This document shows, piece after piece, positions 41,761-55,492 of a stretch of 64,000 bases of DNA; positions within the stretch are counted from its first letter, which is position 1; every line of letters begins with the position of its first letter. The notes beneath the pieces are model-generated. The model did no database searches. It was not told where the DNA came from and saw only the letters and a program-made list of their open reading frames with translations. This DNA is from Chrysomallon squamiferum (Eukaryota; Animalia; Mollusca), in assembly GCA_012295275.1 (NCBI GenBank), contig CM022672.1, positions 2,976,001-3,040,000 of the forward strand, given 5' to 3'. A program made the position numbers and the translations under genes.

Positions 41761-44623
41761 AGTGTTCACGATTATTTATTAATTTATTTATTTATTTATT
41801 TATTTTGTTGTTGTTGTTGTTTCTAAATGATTTCTTAAGAGAATGATGTCGGTGTGTAAGTATGGACACTTGTTTGCACGCGTACGTGTGTGCGTTTTTG
41901 TGTGTGTGCGTGCGTTTGCTGACTACATAGTATTTTGACCCACTCCAGAATATTTAACAGTGTGCTATGTATTTGTATTTTTGTACGCAAATGTATGTGA
42001 CGATCTGTGTTGATAAGCAGGTATAAATTAAAGACACAAAATAAACACAAAGAGAATGTTTACTCTAAAAACACCATATTATAATTAAAATATATCATTA
42101 CGTTGTTTTCTCAAAACGGATGATAACGTCCATGAAAGGAAGTTACGGATATGTTTAATCGAAAACTAATAATGAGCTAATTAAGTAAAGATTCGATCAG
42201 CGGAGCTATGTGTATAAGAAGATTCTTTGAAGTGTTTTGGCAAATACTTCTACATCTCAAAGAACTTTGCAGCTGAAGGAAGAAGACCGTAATGAGAGAT
42301 GCAAAAAAAAATATTTTCCCCAAGGCAACGTTTTAAAGTGGACACTATAAGATGCTTGTTCAGCAGAAATTCATTAAAGACACAACTTGTTAAAGAAAAT
42401 GTCAAGAATTTCTTTGTTTGATGAAACATCGGCGGCAAAGGCGGATCCAGCGTTTAGCAAAGCGGGTTCTTCGCCATTGTGCTGGGTTTAGCTTTGCAGA
42501 TGAAACGAGTTTCGTGAATTGGAAAAGAAGATCAGTCGCTAAACTGAGGGACGCAAACAGTTCGCGTTTCTCCGCCCCAAACAAATCCGCCTCTGGGTGG
42601 TTCCAGGAGAATATTGATCCTTTGTATTCTGATTTAAAAGAAACAAACTTCGTAAAGAATAAAAGAAAAAAGAAGAAAATATTCTTGACCCAAATGAACT
42701 TTTTTTGTGTTTCTTAAATAAAAATAAAAATATTAACTCATTTACGCAACTAAATATTTGTGAAACGACCTTTCGAGAAAACATATTTATTTTTCTTTTC
42801 TGTAAACCGATAGTTTTATAAACATGCAAACTTCTATGACGAAAACGATTTAGTTTACCACAAATATATCATATAAATCTTCTTTATCAATGATGATGCT
42901 GCTGACGATATGCATTGTCGTCTTCCTTTTATTATTGTTTTGTCGTCGTTGTTGATGTCATTGTTGCTGATTTGTTCTTCATCTCTGCGTTTCATCTTCT
43001 TATTATTATTGCTACTACAACTGCTACTTCTTCTATTACTGCAGCTACTCCTGCTACTACTGCTGCTACTACTACTTCTACTACTACTTCCACCATCACT
43101 ATTTTACTACTGATATTGTTGATGCTGTTGTTGAACACACAGTGACTTGATCTGTATAAGCTGATGAAGATCGTTGGGATTCAAGTGAATCCAAAAGTTA
43201 ATTACATTTATATGAAAAATCGCAGAAATTACGTATACACCATCTTTCAGAGTTGTTACATATTGCTTCCAGCGCATCTCACGTTCCCTTTCAAGCTGTT
43301 TAAATCGAATGTTGTTTTGTGTTCAGATCTCTAGAGAAAACCAAGCGGAGAGATGCTTAGTGTTAGATGTAACGTCTCTTGTTTGTGTCTTGTGGTAACA
43401 ATAATATGATTAGACGCTAGTTCTGCTGTGTCCGTTCCTGTTACCACAAAAGAGTGATGTGAAATATTTATACAGTGCGGGGTTTGTTAAACACAAGAAA
43501 AAAATTATACGGTTGAAGAGGAAAAAACTAAAAGTTATTTGTTAAAAAAACACAAAGAAATCCTTTTAAGAATTGCTTTGTAGTTCCTATCATTTTTTAA
43601 CAGATTAGATCGGGCAGTGCAGTTAAGTTGAAGTTCTGTGATCAGCATCATCATCATCATCATCATCATCATAATCGTGATTGTGATCATTATCGTCACC
43701 ATAGCCATCGTCATATTCAGTGTTGTCATCATCACGGTCAATACGCTTATCATCATGGGCAACGTTATATCCATCATGGTTAGCAACTTTATAACCAGAC
43801 TTACAATCATACCATCATTATAATACCGCCGCAGTTGTCATTGTTTTCTTCTTGTTATTTGGCTGTCCTAACCTAAGCTCATGAGGAAAATAACGAAAAT
43901 CCATCTTACAATAAAGAAAGTCTCCGGCAATGTCTTACAAAGTGTCTGCAATTTATTAAGCTTATATCCACTATTACGATAGATGCTTTTTTCTGAATTA
44001 CTGTTTCTCACCCTGACTTTAGTTTCTAAGGTCTGTTGGCTTTGTTGAGATTGAAAAATGCTGCTACTTCAAATACTTGACTCGCCGGTCACCTTATTTT
44101 GGCTGACGTACATGAATTTCAACTAATCTCCACCTGTATGCAACCCTTGTCTGATTATAATAAACAAGAGACTGAAGATTTCTAAAAAGATTTTTTTTTA
44201 CGTTATTCTCTTCTTTTTATATTTTTCTTCTAATGAAGATATTCGAAAGATAAAATTATAAGCGGTGAAGTACTTTAAATTTGGAAAAAGGAAGGAAAGT
44301 TATATGACCGCTTTCTGAAATTTAAAAAGTTCCAGAAAGTATAAACTTTAGATTATGTATATGGCTACACATGTGTTTGTGTGTGTAGAGGTAGAGGTGA
44401 ATATGTGTGTATGTGTACGAATTTTGTATGTGTATATCTTTTAAATGTGTACATAAGTATACATTATTCGATCTAATAATATACAATGAAAGTCATACAT
44501 ATTTATGCATACATACACATAAACGTACAAACGTATATGTATGTATATCTGTATGAATTCAGGGTCGTAAATAAATATACGTTTAATTTAAATAAATAAC
44601 TATACATGCATACATACATACAT

Positions 44624-44657
<34 letters not shown>

Positions 44658-45454
44658 GTATTACTTCATTAATTATCAGCTAAGAATGATAAATTGTCGA
44701 TATAAGCTGTGTCAGCGTCTAAGCACTGCAGATTTAAAGTATAATATATTGTTTCATTCATCAAGTGTGCTATAAAACATTCCTGCGTCCAGAGAGTTGT
44801 CTTGTAATCCATCAAATAACGACATTGTGTCCGTCCTGGGAAATAACAGTGTGAGTGACCAGATAAGTATTTTCTAACATCACCGTTTCAGTGAATGAAC
44901 GAAAGAACGAAACAAAACGAATAAATGAACAAACGAAGGAACAAACGAACGAACGAACGAACGAATAAATGAATGAATTTTTGGACAGCACTGAAAATGA
45001 TTCAATATTAAAGGCCATTAGATATCAAATATATAACTACTAGGGAGTAAACTCGTCGTAATTCCACTAGCTGTTCTTATTAAAGAAATGTATCTCCAAA
45101 CTGTGTGCTGTTATATAATAGTTGTTGGTGGCTGGAAAAATAATGAACAAGAAACAGCGAATAAAGATGAACTGATTCTGGAACCTTTAGGGTACCATGC
45201 TAACTTTTCTAGATACTAAAACTGCAATAGGATCCTTAAAAAATAAAGCATCTAGATTTCCAATATATTATGCAGATCTTGGGAAAATTATGCAGGCATC
45301 TTATATTATTATTTTATTATTATTATTCGCTCGTTTGTTGAGTACAGAGGTGACTATGAATGACACCGTTCTCTGTAGATCACTTCTTGTGCATGCAGCT
45401 TCTTTTGAAGAGTTGTTGTAGTTGTTCAGGCAGTCTCCCTCAGCAGCTTTAATT

Positions 45455-45486
<32 letters not shown>

Positions 45487-45989
45487 TATCATCATCATTA
45501 TTATCATTATTACTAGTTATTGACTGATGTTTTGAATGATGACGCCCAGACATTTCGAACCTCTGATTGCTGTTCTGTTTGCTGTACAAATTGTAACGTT
45601 AAAGTTCCGCAAATCACATTTTAATGTTACGATCGATCTGTAGTTGTTTGCTTAATTTAAAAACAATAGCCCAGAGAGAAATTGAAATCGTTTCAATTTA
45701 AATTTCTTGCCTGTATTCTAGTTGAAGTGAATAAAACATTACAACTCTATACTGTTTCAAAAAAACAACAAAATAAAACACCTATTTGTACTTGTTTTAT
45801 TTACATTTAGATCGACTAAATCCCTTATAGCACTCTTACATCCACATCGATGCAGATACGTTACACATATGTACGCGTGTATGTAGTTTTTATTTAATAA
45901 GCGCACGTACATGTACACACACAACAGAGTCACCAGCGACTGTTCTTTCCTAATAATACATTTTATACTGATAAATCTCCGATGAACTG

Positions 45990-46032
<43 letters not shown>

Positions 46033-47154
46033 TATATATATATATGCATGTGTTTTGTATGCGTGGCGAATATAAGTGTGCTTATTAAATAAAATAATGT
46101 TCTTGTTGAGTTTCTTTTATATTTGGTCTTTTTCTCTTTTTTTCTGCCCAGCCCTTCCTAAATCTTTTCGCAATGTTAACCTTCACTGAAAACACACTCT
46201 CCGATTTGTGTCTTAAAATACTCAGAGAGCGATTTTTTGTATTTTTTTTAAAAATTAAATCAGTCGGAAATATTCTGAAAAAATAAACTTTATTTTTTAT
46301 CCTCTTTTTATAACGTTCTAATGCACCGACGCTTTCAGGGCCCAGAATCCACTAATGTGCTTGTAAATGTTACAAAATGTAATGATTAAAAAGACAAACG
46401 TACTAAACTCGAAGTGTTGACAATCTCTAGCGACAACGGTTAGAAACTTCATCGCTGGATAATTTGCTAAAAGTTTTGCCCGTCACATCTAAAATAGCGC
46501 CGTGATGGTGAAAACCTGCTTGTGGCCAAGTTAAGTCGCAACAGACAATCGAACGTTTATTTTTGTTTCTAACCGACTTTCAGACCGAAAGATATTACAC
46601 AAAATAAAGACTAACACAAATCTGTATTGAGGAATCAGCGGGGCTTTGGCAGAACTGATGCGTAACAAGATAAGAGTAAAACCCGCAACCACGGAATGAA
46701 ATTGGTCGTTAACGGAACATTTAAAATAAAACAAATATCCGTCTGTAATAGACTTTTACCATACTTGTTCAAGCGTTTATGCTCTTCTCTTTTTTTTTTC
46801 GTTAGGTTGGCCTAAATATAAAGCGTTTAAAATTACTACAAATGGAAAAGGATTTTCTTTTCTTTCTTTTTTTCGTTTTTTTTTTTTTTTTCTGTTATTA
46901 TCATTATTTTTTAATATAGTTTTTTTCTTTAATTATTATATTATCTTGTTTGTTTGGGTTTTTTTGTTGTTTTTTTCCTTGTCTTATTAATTTTTTAGTT
47001 ATAATATTGATATTTTAATATTTTATTTCACCATTAAAATCGTTCTCTCTTCACAAGAACCTTCTGAATAGAAAGCTTTTAAGTCTAAAATTACAGCAAT
47101 ACGATATTCAGGTAAAATAATATATTTCGTGTAATTTTAATTCATAAATGGTAG

Positions 47155-47300
47155 AAGAAAAGAAGGAACAAATTTTATATATTTGATGACGCACTAAACA
47201 CATTTTTAATCTAGCATTATACGGCGTCAGAGAGATAATGAGAGATGGAGCCAGATAACGCCATACTGCAACACAATACGCCACTACGCGTCACTTATTA
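47155..47300 (-). mobile_element. Fragment of SINE-like 3' end
   Basis: GAAGGAACAAATTTTATATATTTGATGACGCACTAAACACATTTT...ATACGGCGTCAG is loosely similar to the left ends of the 31.8 and 33.75 kb copies. Confidence 0.4.
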
Positions 47301-49535
47301 CGTAAACAAAAATTATTTTAAAGACGTTTTCATACGGCTGACTTTTAAAACGCAGTTAAGGAAACCCAAAGCTTATCGTATTGTATTGTCGATAATAATA
47401 AAAGCTATGACAGTGGTTACATGATCGATATTTATAGAGTAATTGTTGAAGAATTCCACCTTTATCATAATACAGAGGAATTAATAATTGATTGTGACGT
47501 TATCGATTCCTACAGGATCTGAAACGATTTCTGTCTTTAGGTTAAAATGAAACCTTATGTTTAACCTAAAAACACTGGCAGTCTGACCTTGAATTACGTT
47601 CACTAGAGGATTTTTTTTTTTTTTTTTTTTTTTCCCCAATGAACAATGAAGGTATATTTTCACCAGGCTCTCTCCTGACTGCAACAACCAGTTATAGGAA
47701 GAGAAACACAAAGGAATTTGTTAAACAAATGAATACACAATTTTCAATGTTCATGAAATTTAGATGTTTAAAAGCCTTTACAGTTTAGTTGCTAGATCCC
47801 GTCATACAATAACAAGATCTTTATCATGCCAGAAAATAGTATCTTCTAGCATAGACTGTTGTTGTTCAAGAAATCGCAGTTGTTAGTGAAAATTTCATCT
47901 AACGTGGGATGCATTTGATCAAATAATTGCATCATTTCTTTAACGGCGAAAAGAACAATATCAATATCAACACAGGGATGACATTGTTCAAAAACTTAGA
48001 CCGGCAATGCCTGTTGTGTACAGATAAATATTTTTCCCGTTCTACATTAGCACGTGTGTGCATTCGATTCCCAATATCTTCAGATTGTGCTGCTTTTACC
48101 GAAGAACAGAAAGGAATTTTAAAAATAAATAAATAAATAAATAAAGAAGAAAGAAAGAAGAAAAGAACATCATACTGGCGTTCCTAAAAATAAAAAGAAC
48201 CAAACAACGGTTTTGATGTAACAGGTCTTTATCCAGTATCTCAAAGCCACAGTCACTTGTTAGTGTTTTCCAACAACAACAGCAGCAATGTTTGGTATGT
48301 TGGCATCGTCTCGCATGCTTGATTTCATTAACTGATTACAATACGAGGACATCGAATATTGATCTGTCCATCAGACTGAAATTGAATATAGTAAGCAGCA
48401 GTTAACCTCTGTAGACGTGGACTGAACCTTCCTAGAGTCTGAATGAGTTGAGATGAGCCGCTGATAGAATTATTGGCTTCTTGTCAGACCCAGCATTTTA
48501 AATCACGACTGAATATTTAAAAAAAAAAAAAAAATACACGTCGTTAGTTTTAGTATTTGAGTGGTTGCTGTTGGTTGGAATTACAGTGTCAGGTAGCTGC
48601 CACAAGATTACAAATTTCGTTTTTGTTTTTTGTTTTTTTATTGTTGTTGTTGGTGGTGGTGGTGGTTGTGATGATGATGTAGGTGATGTAGATGTGATGG
48701 TGGTCGTGGTGGTGGTGGTAGTTGTGGTTTTATCGATAAATGATATTTGTTGTTGTGCTTGCCGTTTTATACGGGAATGGACATGTTCGTAAAACTAAAC
48801 GAGGTCAAGTGTGATTGTTAATGTCTATGTTTTGATCCGCATGTAATTATGTACTTTGTGTGTGGATAGGTTGAAGAACTCTTGTGAGTATCGCGGTGTA
48901 TGTTTTGATGAACATGTATTCTCTGGTCCATGCAATGATAAAATTTATATTCTTATTTTTAATTTTTATTGTTAGAGTTATCTTTTGTTGTTATTTCAAC
49001 CACTAAATGGTGTTTTACGTTATTTTTCTTTCTTTATTAAGTAAATACTTTATTATATTGCACCAAGTTTTTTTTTTTTTTCATTATTATGTGGCTCTGA
49101 ACACATATAAATGAAGAAACACGTTACTGTTTAAATGCGGCCTTCGTTTGCTGATTACCAACAAACGGTTCCATACGATGACGTATGAACGTACATTTGT
49201 AAGTGTGAGTGCTTCTTTCACTAACACATTTGTTCCTGCTTTCTCTGTTGCATCAGTGTAAGTGGCTGGAATTGACTGTGTTCTCTTATTATGCATATCA
49301 TCTGATCTGTTACGAATTCTTCCTTATCACACAAAAATAAAGTATTAAATAAATAAATAAATAATAGATTGTTCAATAAAATTGTTCTTCATTTCTTCTT
49401 CTATACTGTTTAAATGGTACCCGTTTAAATTAGTTCTAATAAACGATTCTTTTTACCTCATTTTAATTAATATTTGTTTTTGCCCATGCATTAATAAATA
49501 ATCCTTCGCTCATAAAATAATTTTAAAAATATATA

Positions 49536-49581
<46 letters not shown>

Positions 49582-50060
49582 CACTACTTAGTTGTTTATT
49601 TTAATTTTTCGATGTAAAATCAGAGACAAAAAGATAATTACATCTCAGGTCTTCAGTTCTATGCTTGAACCGTGAACATTATAATAGAAAAGTAAAAACT
49701 AATTTCTATTAGGTCGACCTGATTCTGACTATAACACCTAATGTCGTCTAGGTGGCTGTAACTGGACCTGCTGTTGTCGGCGACATCACGATTCTTGTTG
49801 TTTCCTCCACTGTTACTGACGATGATGATGCCGAGCTCACTGCTGCAGTTGCTACGGAACCTGATCGTTTTTGTAATAATTACAAGTCGCGAGGATATTA
49901 CGATTAAACAATATGAAATAACTATCAGGTCACAAGTTCACAGTTTTCATTCTGGATTCCATTAATGGAGAGTTTTAACAGATTAAGAAGCTACGTAAAC
50001 TCTTAGTGATAGTTACCCAAAAATGCTAAACAAATAATAGTAATAATAACAAATCAATAG

Positions 50061-50113
<53 letters not shown>

Positions 50114-51306
50114 AATACCGAAGCGTTATAACAATAGAATGACGTCACGACTGTAATTTGACTACAGATTATTTTGTTTTTGTATCGAGTGTTACATGAT
50201 TGATGATCAAACTCTCTTGTCACACTGTCGTGACTTACGAGAAACCCGGTAAGAAACACGGAAACTATGTTAGATAATAGACGGTCCATTCATCTTAGCA
50301 GATGTTTTTTCGTTTTGCTGGCTTCAGTTTGAGCTTTAAAAAAAAAGCAATGATCTACATTTGGTCGACGGTTTTGGACATTATGGTCAGACGATATGAT
50401 GCAATAGGGCAATATGGTCTATTTTTTATTTTATTCATTTTTTATTTTATTCATTTATTTATTCATTTCTTAAATTTTTTATCTCTCGCTCTCATATTAT
50501 ATATCTATATAAATTTCCTATGAATTGAAAATATATACATGTATATTTTGGTGTGTTTGTGGGTGTGTATATGTGTGCCTGTGCTTGTGTCTGTGTATGT
50601 TGTGTGTTTATTTTTCGTAGCATATTTAACAGTAATATAGCTCAGTAATTACATCATTGGCCCAAATCCCGTTAAACGTCGCAGAAACAAACACCTTCAG
50701 TGCGCTGATTCGGCTGTTTCCTTTGCCATCTCAAGAAGTGCAAAGGTTTTTAATCAAAGGCTGTGGGTATATGATTTCCCCACTCATCACAACGTATAAT
50801 ACAAAACTGCTGCTTATTGATGTCAATGGTTTTTTGTAGAGATAACAAATCTTCTGTCAGCATTACACACTGTACGTTAACAAACATACAAATGAACGAT
50901 GAATTGGCCAAGTGTAAATGATACCATCTCTTTCCTCGAGAGGTTTCAATCATCGATGTCTCGCGTTAAGTCTTAAATCTTAGAGACTTGGCTGTCTGAC
51001 TTTAAATTACCGTCACAAGAGATGTCAGTTTCATTCATTCATATTCCTGGCTGTTCTAAAAATACACATCCTGGATTTAGTTACAGACAGACAAAAGCAG
51101 ATGTTTTACTTCTGGAGAATAATGAGTAGGTTATTGCCCGAGTTAATGTTGCATTCTTATAAAAAAAAAAAATAATAATAATAATAATAATAATAAATAA
51201 CAAAATAAAATAAAACATACAAATTGATCATTACCATGTCTGCAAGTAATTCAGAGGTGCAAGCATGTCTGTTGTGAATCTTTTTTAAAGTAAGGGTATG
51301 TAAGGG

Positions 51307-51349
<43 letters not shown>

Positions 51350-52309
51350 TTATTTATTTATTTATATAGATAGATAGATAATAGTAATGGAGGGTCATCA
51401 TTAACTAAAAGACAGCTCTAGAGAATGTCCAATGTTACATTATCGATAAATAATAATGTTTACAACAGAATGACGAATTAATATCGTGAAAAATATACAA
51501 CAGATGAAATAGGGTAAAATATTATAATACAGAGCTGTTACATGCAAATACAAATTCATGCCTTCTTTTGCGATTGACGACGTCTGCTTATTATGACGTC
51601 ACAACAATAGTTATTACGTTGACATTTGGAGATAAGGGATGATACAGGATTATAGATCTGATGGTGCTCTATCCCTTAGTAAATAAATTAAGCTATTCAG
51701 GACGTTTATAAAAATACTGAAATTCATACGATATAATTGGCTAGGATAAAAGAAAGACATAAAGCTGCATGTCCAGAATGTACCATTTTCTCTGGATTTC
51801 CGTACATAAAGACAATACATTAAATAGCTGGTCATTTTAACAATACATTACAATGTAAGATGTGTAAATAGCGATGTCTATGTTAAATCCGTTATTTTAT
51901 AATAAACAATAGCTACATAATTATTTCAGTTACGTTTCCACGTATTTTAAGAAAAGTAAAAATTAAACAACAGTGTTTTATTTATTGTTAAACATTCAGC
52001 AGAGTAAATGAATTCATTACTTTTAAAGTTTGGTTTAACCAGGTATTCTGATTCAGTTAACATACTACTTCGATTACCACTATTACGAGTATGACCTCAA
52101 CTAATAATGATAATGATTACTGCAATATTCAGATACGAAGCGCATTTTCATATTCTTATAAAATCCGGGAATAATGTTGTTGTTTCTGTTAGTTTGTTGT
52201 TGTTGTTGTTTGTTTGTTGTTGTCGTTTTTTTTTTTATGTTTTTTTTTTATTGTTTTTTGGGTGTGTTTTTTTTTTTTTTTTTAATTCTTTTTCTTTTTA
52301 TTGAATATA

Positions 52310-52340
<31 letters not shown>

Positions 52341-54761
52341 GAAGAAGAAAAAAAATGACAAAACAAAATGGCTGAGAAAAGATCAGGAGGCAGTGGTAAG
52401 CGTCCTCAGTTTCATATCTCCTCTGCTGTGGCTTGCCTTCGATGAACGAAATGTTAAAATTTGTTTAACGGTTCTGAATAACGGATGATAACAGCAGTTA
52501 GGACGATGATGATGTTAATAATAATACATGAATTATTGATTATTATTGTTGTTGCTACTGCTGTTATTGTTCTATTTCTGCTGTTGTTGTTGTTAATGTT
52601 GTTATTGCTATTGTTAACCGAAAGTTTTTTCTTTCTTTTTTCCATTTTTATTTTTATTTTTATTCATTTTCAAAGAGAAAAAATATTGATTATCTATCCT
52701 TTTAAAAACAATTTCATAATCACTTTTTTAACTTTTATTCTTTTATTTTTTTTTTTTTTTTTATTTTTTTTTTTTTTTTTTTTTTTTTTTTGTCCCCTGA
52801 AGTTGATATTATTTTTTATTTCGTCATAAATATCATAAACATATTCTCCAAGACGAAAATTGGTTTCAAATTTCTGGAATGTTTCTAATCCTGAACTAAT
52901 TAACATGAAACCTACTACTGCTAGAAAAACATGTCACACTTTGGGCGAATTATGACATCATCATGTCACGTGATCTTATTGTTAAAGCTACTTGTTCGCC
53001 TGAGTATACTTTTCTGGATTTCTTTTCTTTCCTTTCTTAGCATTTTTCTTTCTTTCTTTCTTAACTTGCTTTTTTTTTAAATCTTTTTACTTTATTTTTT
53101 CTTTAATTACAAATAACTTATTTCACTGAATACATAGATTATCGGTCGGAGATTGTTAAACAATGAACAGAGGCTTCCACGAAATTGATTCAACTATCAG
53201 AGTAAACAGTAAAATGAAATAAATAATTAACAGTCTTCTCACACCATACAATGGTTTATCGATCAGCTGAATAAAACTGTTTTGTTGTTTATCTCCGACA
53301 CAAAAACAAAAACCATAACCTAGAACAAACCAGTGCGGAGACATCCGGGGCACTAACACGGCTTGAATCCGTGACACGTCACGCTTGAGGTGACCGCTGT
53401 AACCAATGACGTACGCAACTTTCTCTTATGAAATGTAGTTTTGATTCCTCTTTTGCTGTAACCTTCCATCTTTCTTGTACTTTGACTTTTCTTCTTATTC
53501 TTCATTGTAAAGTTTTACTCGTTGCAGTTGCTGCTTCTTAGTGCAGGCTGAATGTAATTTTGAGTCCACTTTTGTAATGTTAACTTTCTCTTTTTCTTTT
53601 AGTCCGTCTCTTTTCTTCAATTTTTTTCTTTTCTTCTTATTCTACTTTCTTAAGTTGTTAATTTTCTAACTATATTCTAAGTGATTTAGATCACTGTTAC
53701 TTTTTTACACTGCAGTTCTTAACGATGATGATGACGGTGACAGTGATTACGATGTCTTATTTGCAATTAAAAGATTTTTTTTTTATGGCGTGAACATTAT
53801 GACGCTGTAGTTGCTGTTGCTATATTTGAGTTGGTGATGCTACTTGTGATTGCGGACGGTATCATGTTAAGATGCAATAACAGCAAGACTCTGTGATAGT
53901 TTTGTTCAACTGTAAAATCTCAATCGCCCATCCATGAACCATAAAACTACACATTCACAATTCAAAATTATCACGCTCTATTAATAAACTTCGCGATAAT
54001 GTGCAATACGTTGAGAAAGGGATCCATGTAAAAAAAAATCATCACGTCCTGTACAAAACACGAGAACAAAATTCTTGCAGATGGGCGAATTCTGCTCATC
54101 AGTTAGCTGGCAAAGATGCGGGGCCTGCTTCATCACTGTTATCTTCCTACACGTCATCTCTCTCATTTCACCTCGATCGACACTCAACCGCCGAAACGCC
54201 AGCCTGAACTTTTGACGTCTGCAATCATTTCGGCCATGTAAGGTACGGTCTGAAATAATGACAACGACGGTCCGATGGTGTTTTTGAAATCAGAAATAGT
54301 TAATAACAGCGACGGTAATCGTATTTTGGTGAACAGCACCGGACTATGGCTGTGGAAGCAAGTTTGTCCGTTCTGCGATATATTTCGTCTGATAAAGACT
54401 TGCGACTGTAGAAAAACGCGACGCTAACTCTGTCAGATATTGTAAAAAGTGACGTGAATATTACCCAACGGATTAAACTTAGTCTATAACACAGATCTGC
54501 ATTCTGCATAAAACTTTAACGATTTAACCAGCCATAAGGTTTTTACAGACAAAAACACATTCGAGACGAATATATCTCAACACTGTCAGTGGCTTGGTCG
54601 AAACGGAACGCTCAAGAAATTCACTTTAGTTTTTGGTTTGAGTTGTTTTAACTCTTTGTTGTTGTTACCGATTAGGTGGTTTTTGTTGTTTTTTTATTAT
54701 TCTTTTGTTGTTGTTAATGTCATTGTTATTGTTTTAGTTTATTAGAAAACATTAAATCATT

Positions 54762-54793
<32 letters not shown>

Positions 54794-55330
54794 TTATTTA
54801 TTTATTTTTTTTTTTTTTTAATATAATTTAAATTATTTAATTTTATTTAATTTTACTTTATTTAATTTTATTTTATTTAAGGTTTGGTATCTGTGTGCTC
54901 TATATTTTACTGACACTAACATTGTATTACTGTTTGTAACAGAATAGCAGTAACCAACAGCAATAACTACAGAATAATAGTAATTGTAAAAATAACAAGT
55001 GGTAGTGACAATAGTGACGTCATAATTACGTAACTGTTAATATTCCATTACTATCATCATCATCATCATCATTATTAATATGCTATTACAGTTATACTCT
55101 TCATTTCGTTTATTTCATCATCATTATAACTATTTCATTTATTCATTTATTTAATTAATTATTGATTTATTTGTTTATTTGTTTATTTTTCTGGCTAATT
55201 ATCGAATCTATGACGTACGAGCCGCCAGCCTGTTTTGCTTTCATTGCTCTCACGGTAAGACAGGTAGGACTGACAAACACACCTTGGTCAAGCCACCCTG
55301 GGTTTTTAATTTCCCGTTTCACAGTGTGTA

Positions 55331-55492
55331 ACCGCGCTGGTAACGAAACTAGACTTGCTTTGTTACTTGCAGTCGCTTAGTACCGCGCTGGTAACGAAAC
55401 TAGACTTGCTTTGTTCCTTGCAGTCGCTTAGTACCGCGCTGGTAACGAAACTAGACTTGCTTTGTTCCTTGCAGTCGCTTAGTACCGCGCTG
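55331..55492. repeat. 51-bp minisatellite, about 3.2 copies
   Basis: ACCGCGCTGGTAACGAAACTAGACTTGCTTTGTTMCTTGCAGTCGCTTAGT at 55331, 55382 and 55433, with a partial copy at 55484. One substitution between copies and no spacers. Confidence 0.95.

Noticed and set aside
53981-54250. Minus-strand open frame containing RRLSVD after an acceptor-like ATTTCAG
   Set aside because: It needs phase-1 entry, which is incompatible with the phase-2 donor upstream. The donor is weak and I recognise no homology.
55331-55492. CRISPR-like appearance of the 51-bp (and 41-bp) repeats
   Set aside because: The units are head-to-tail with no unique spacers, there are no cas genes, and the context is eukaryotic.
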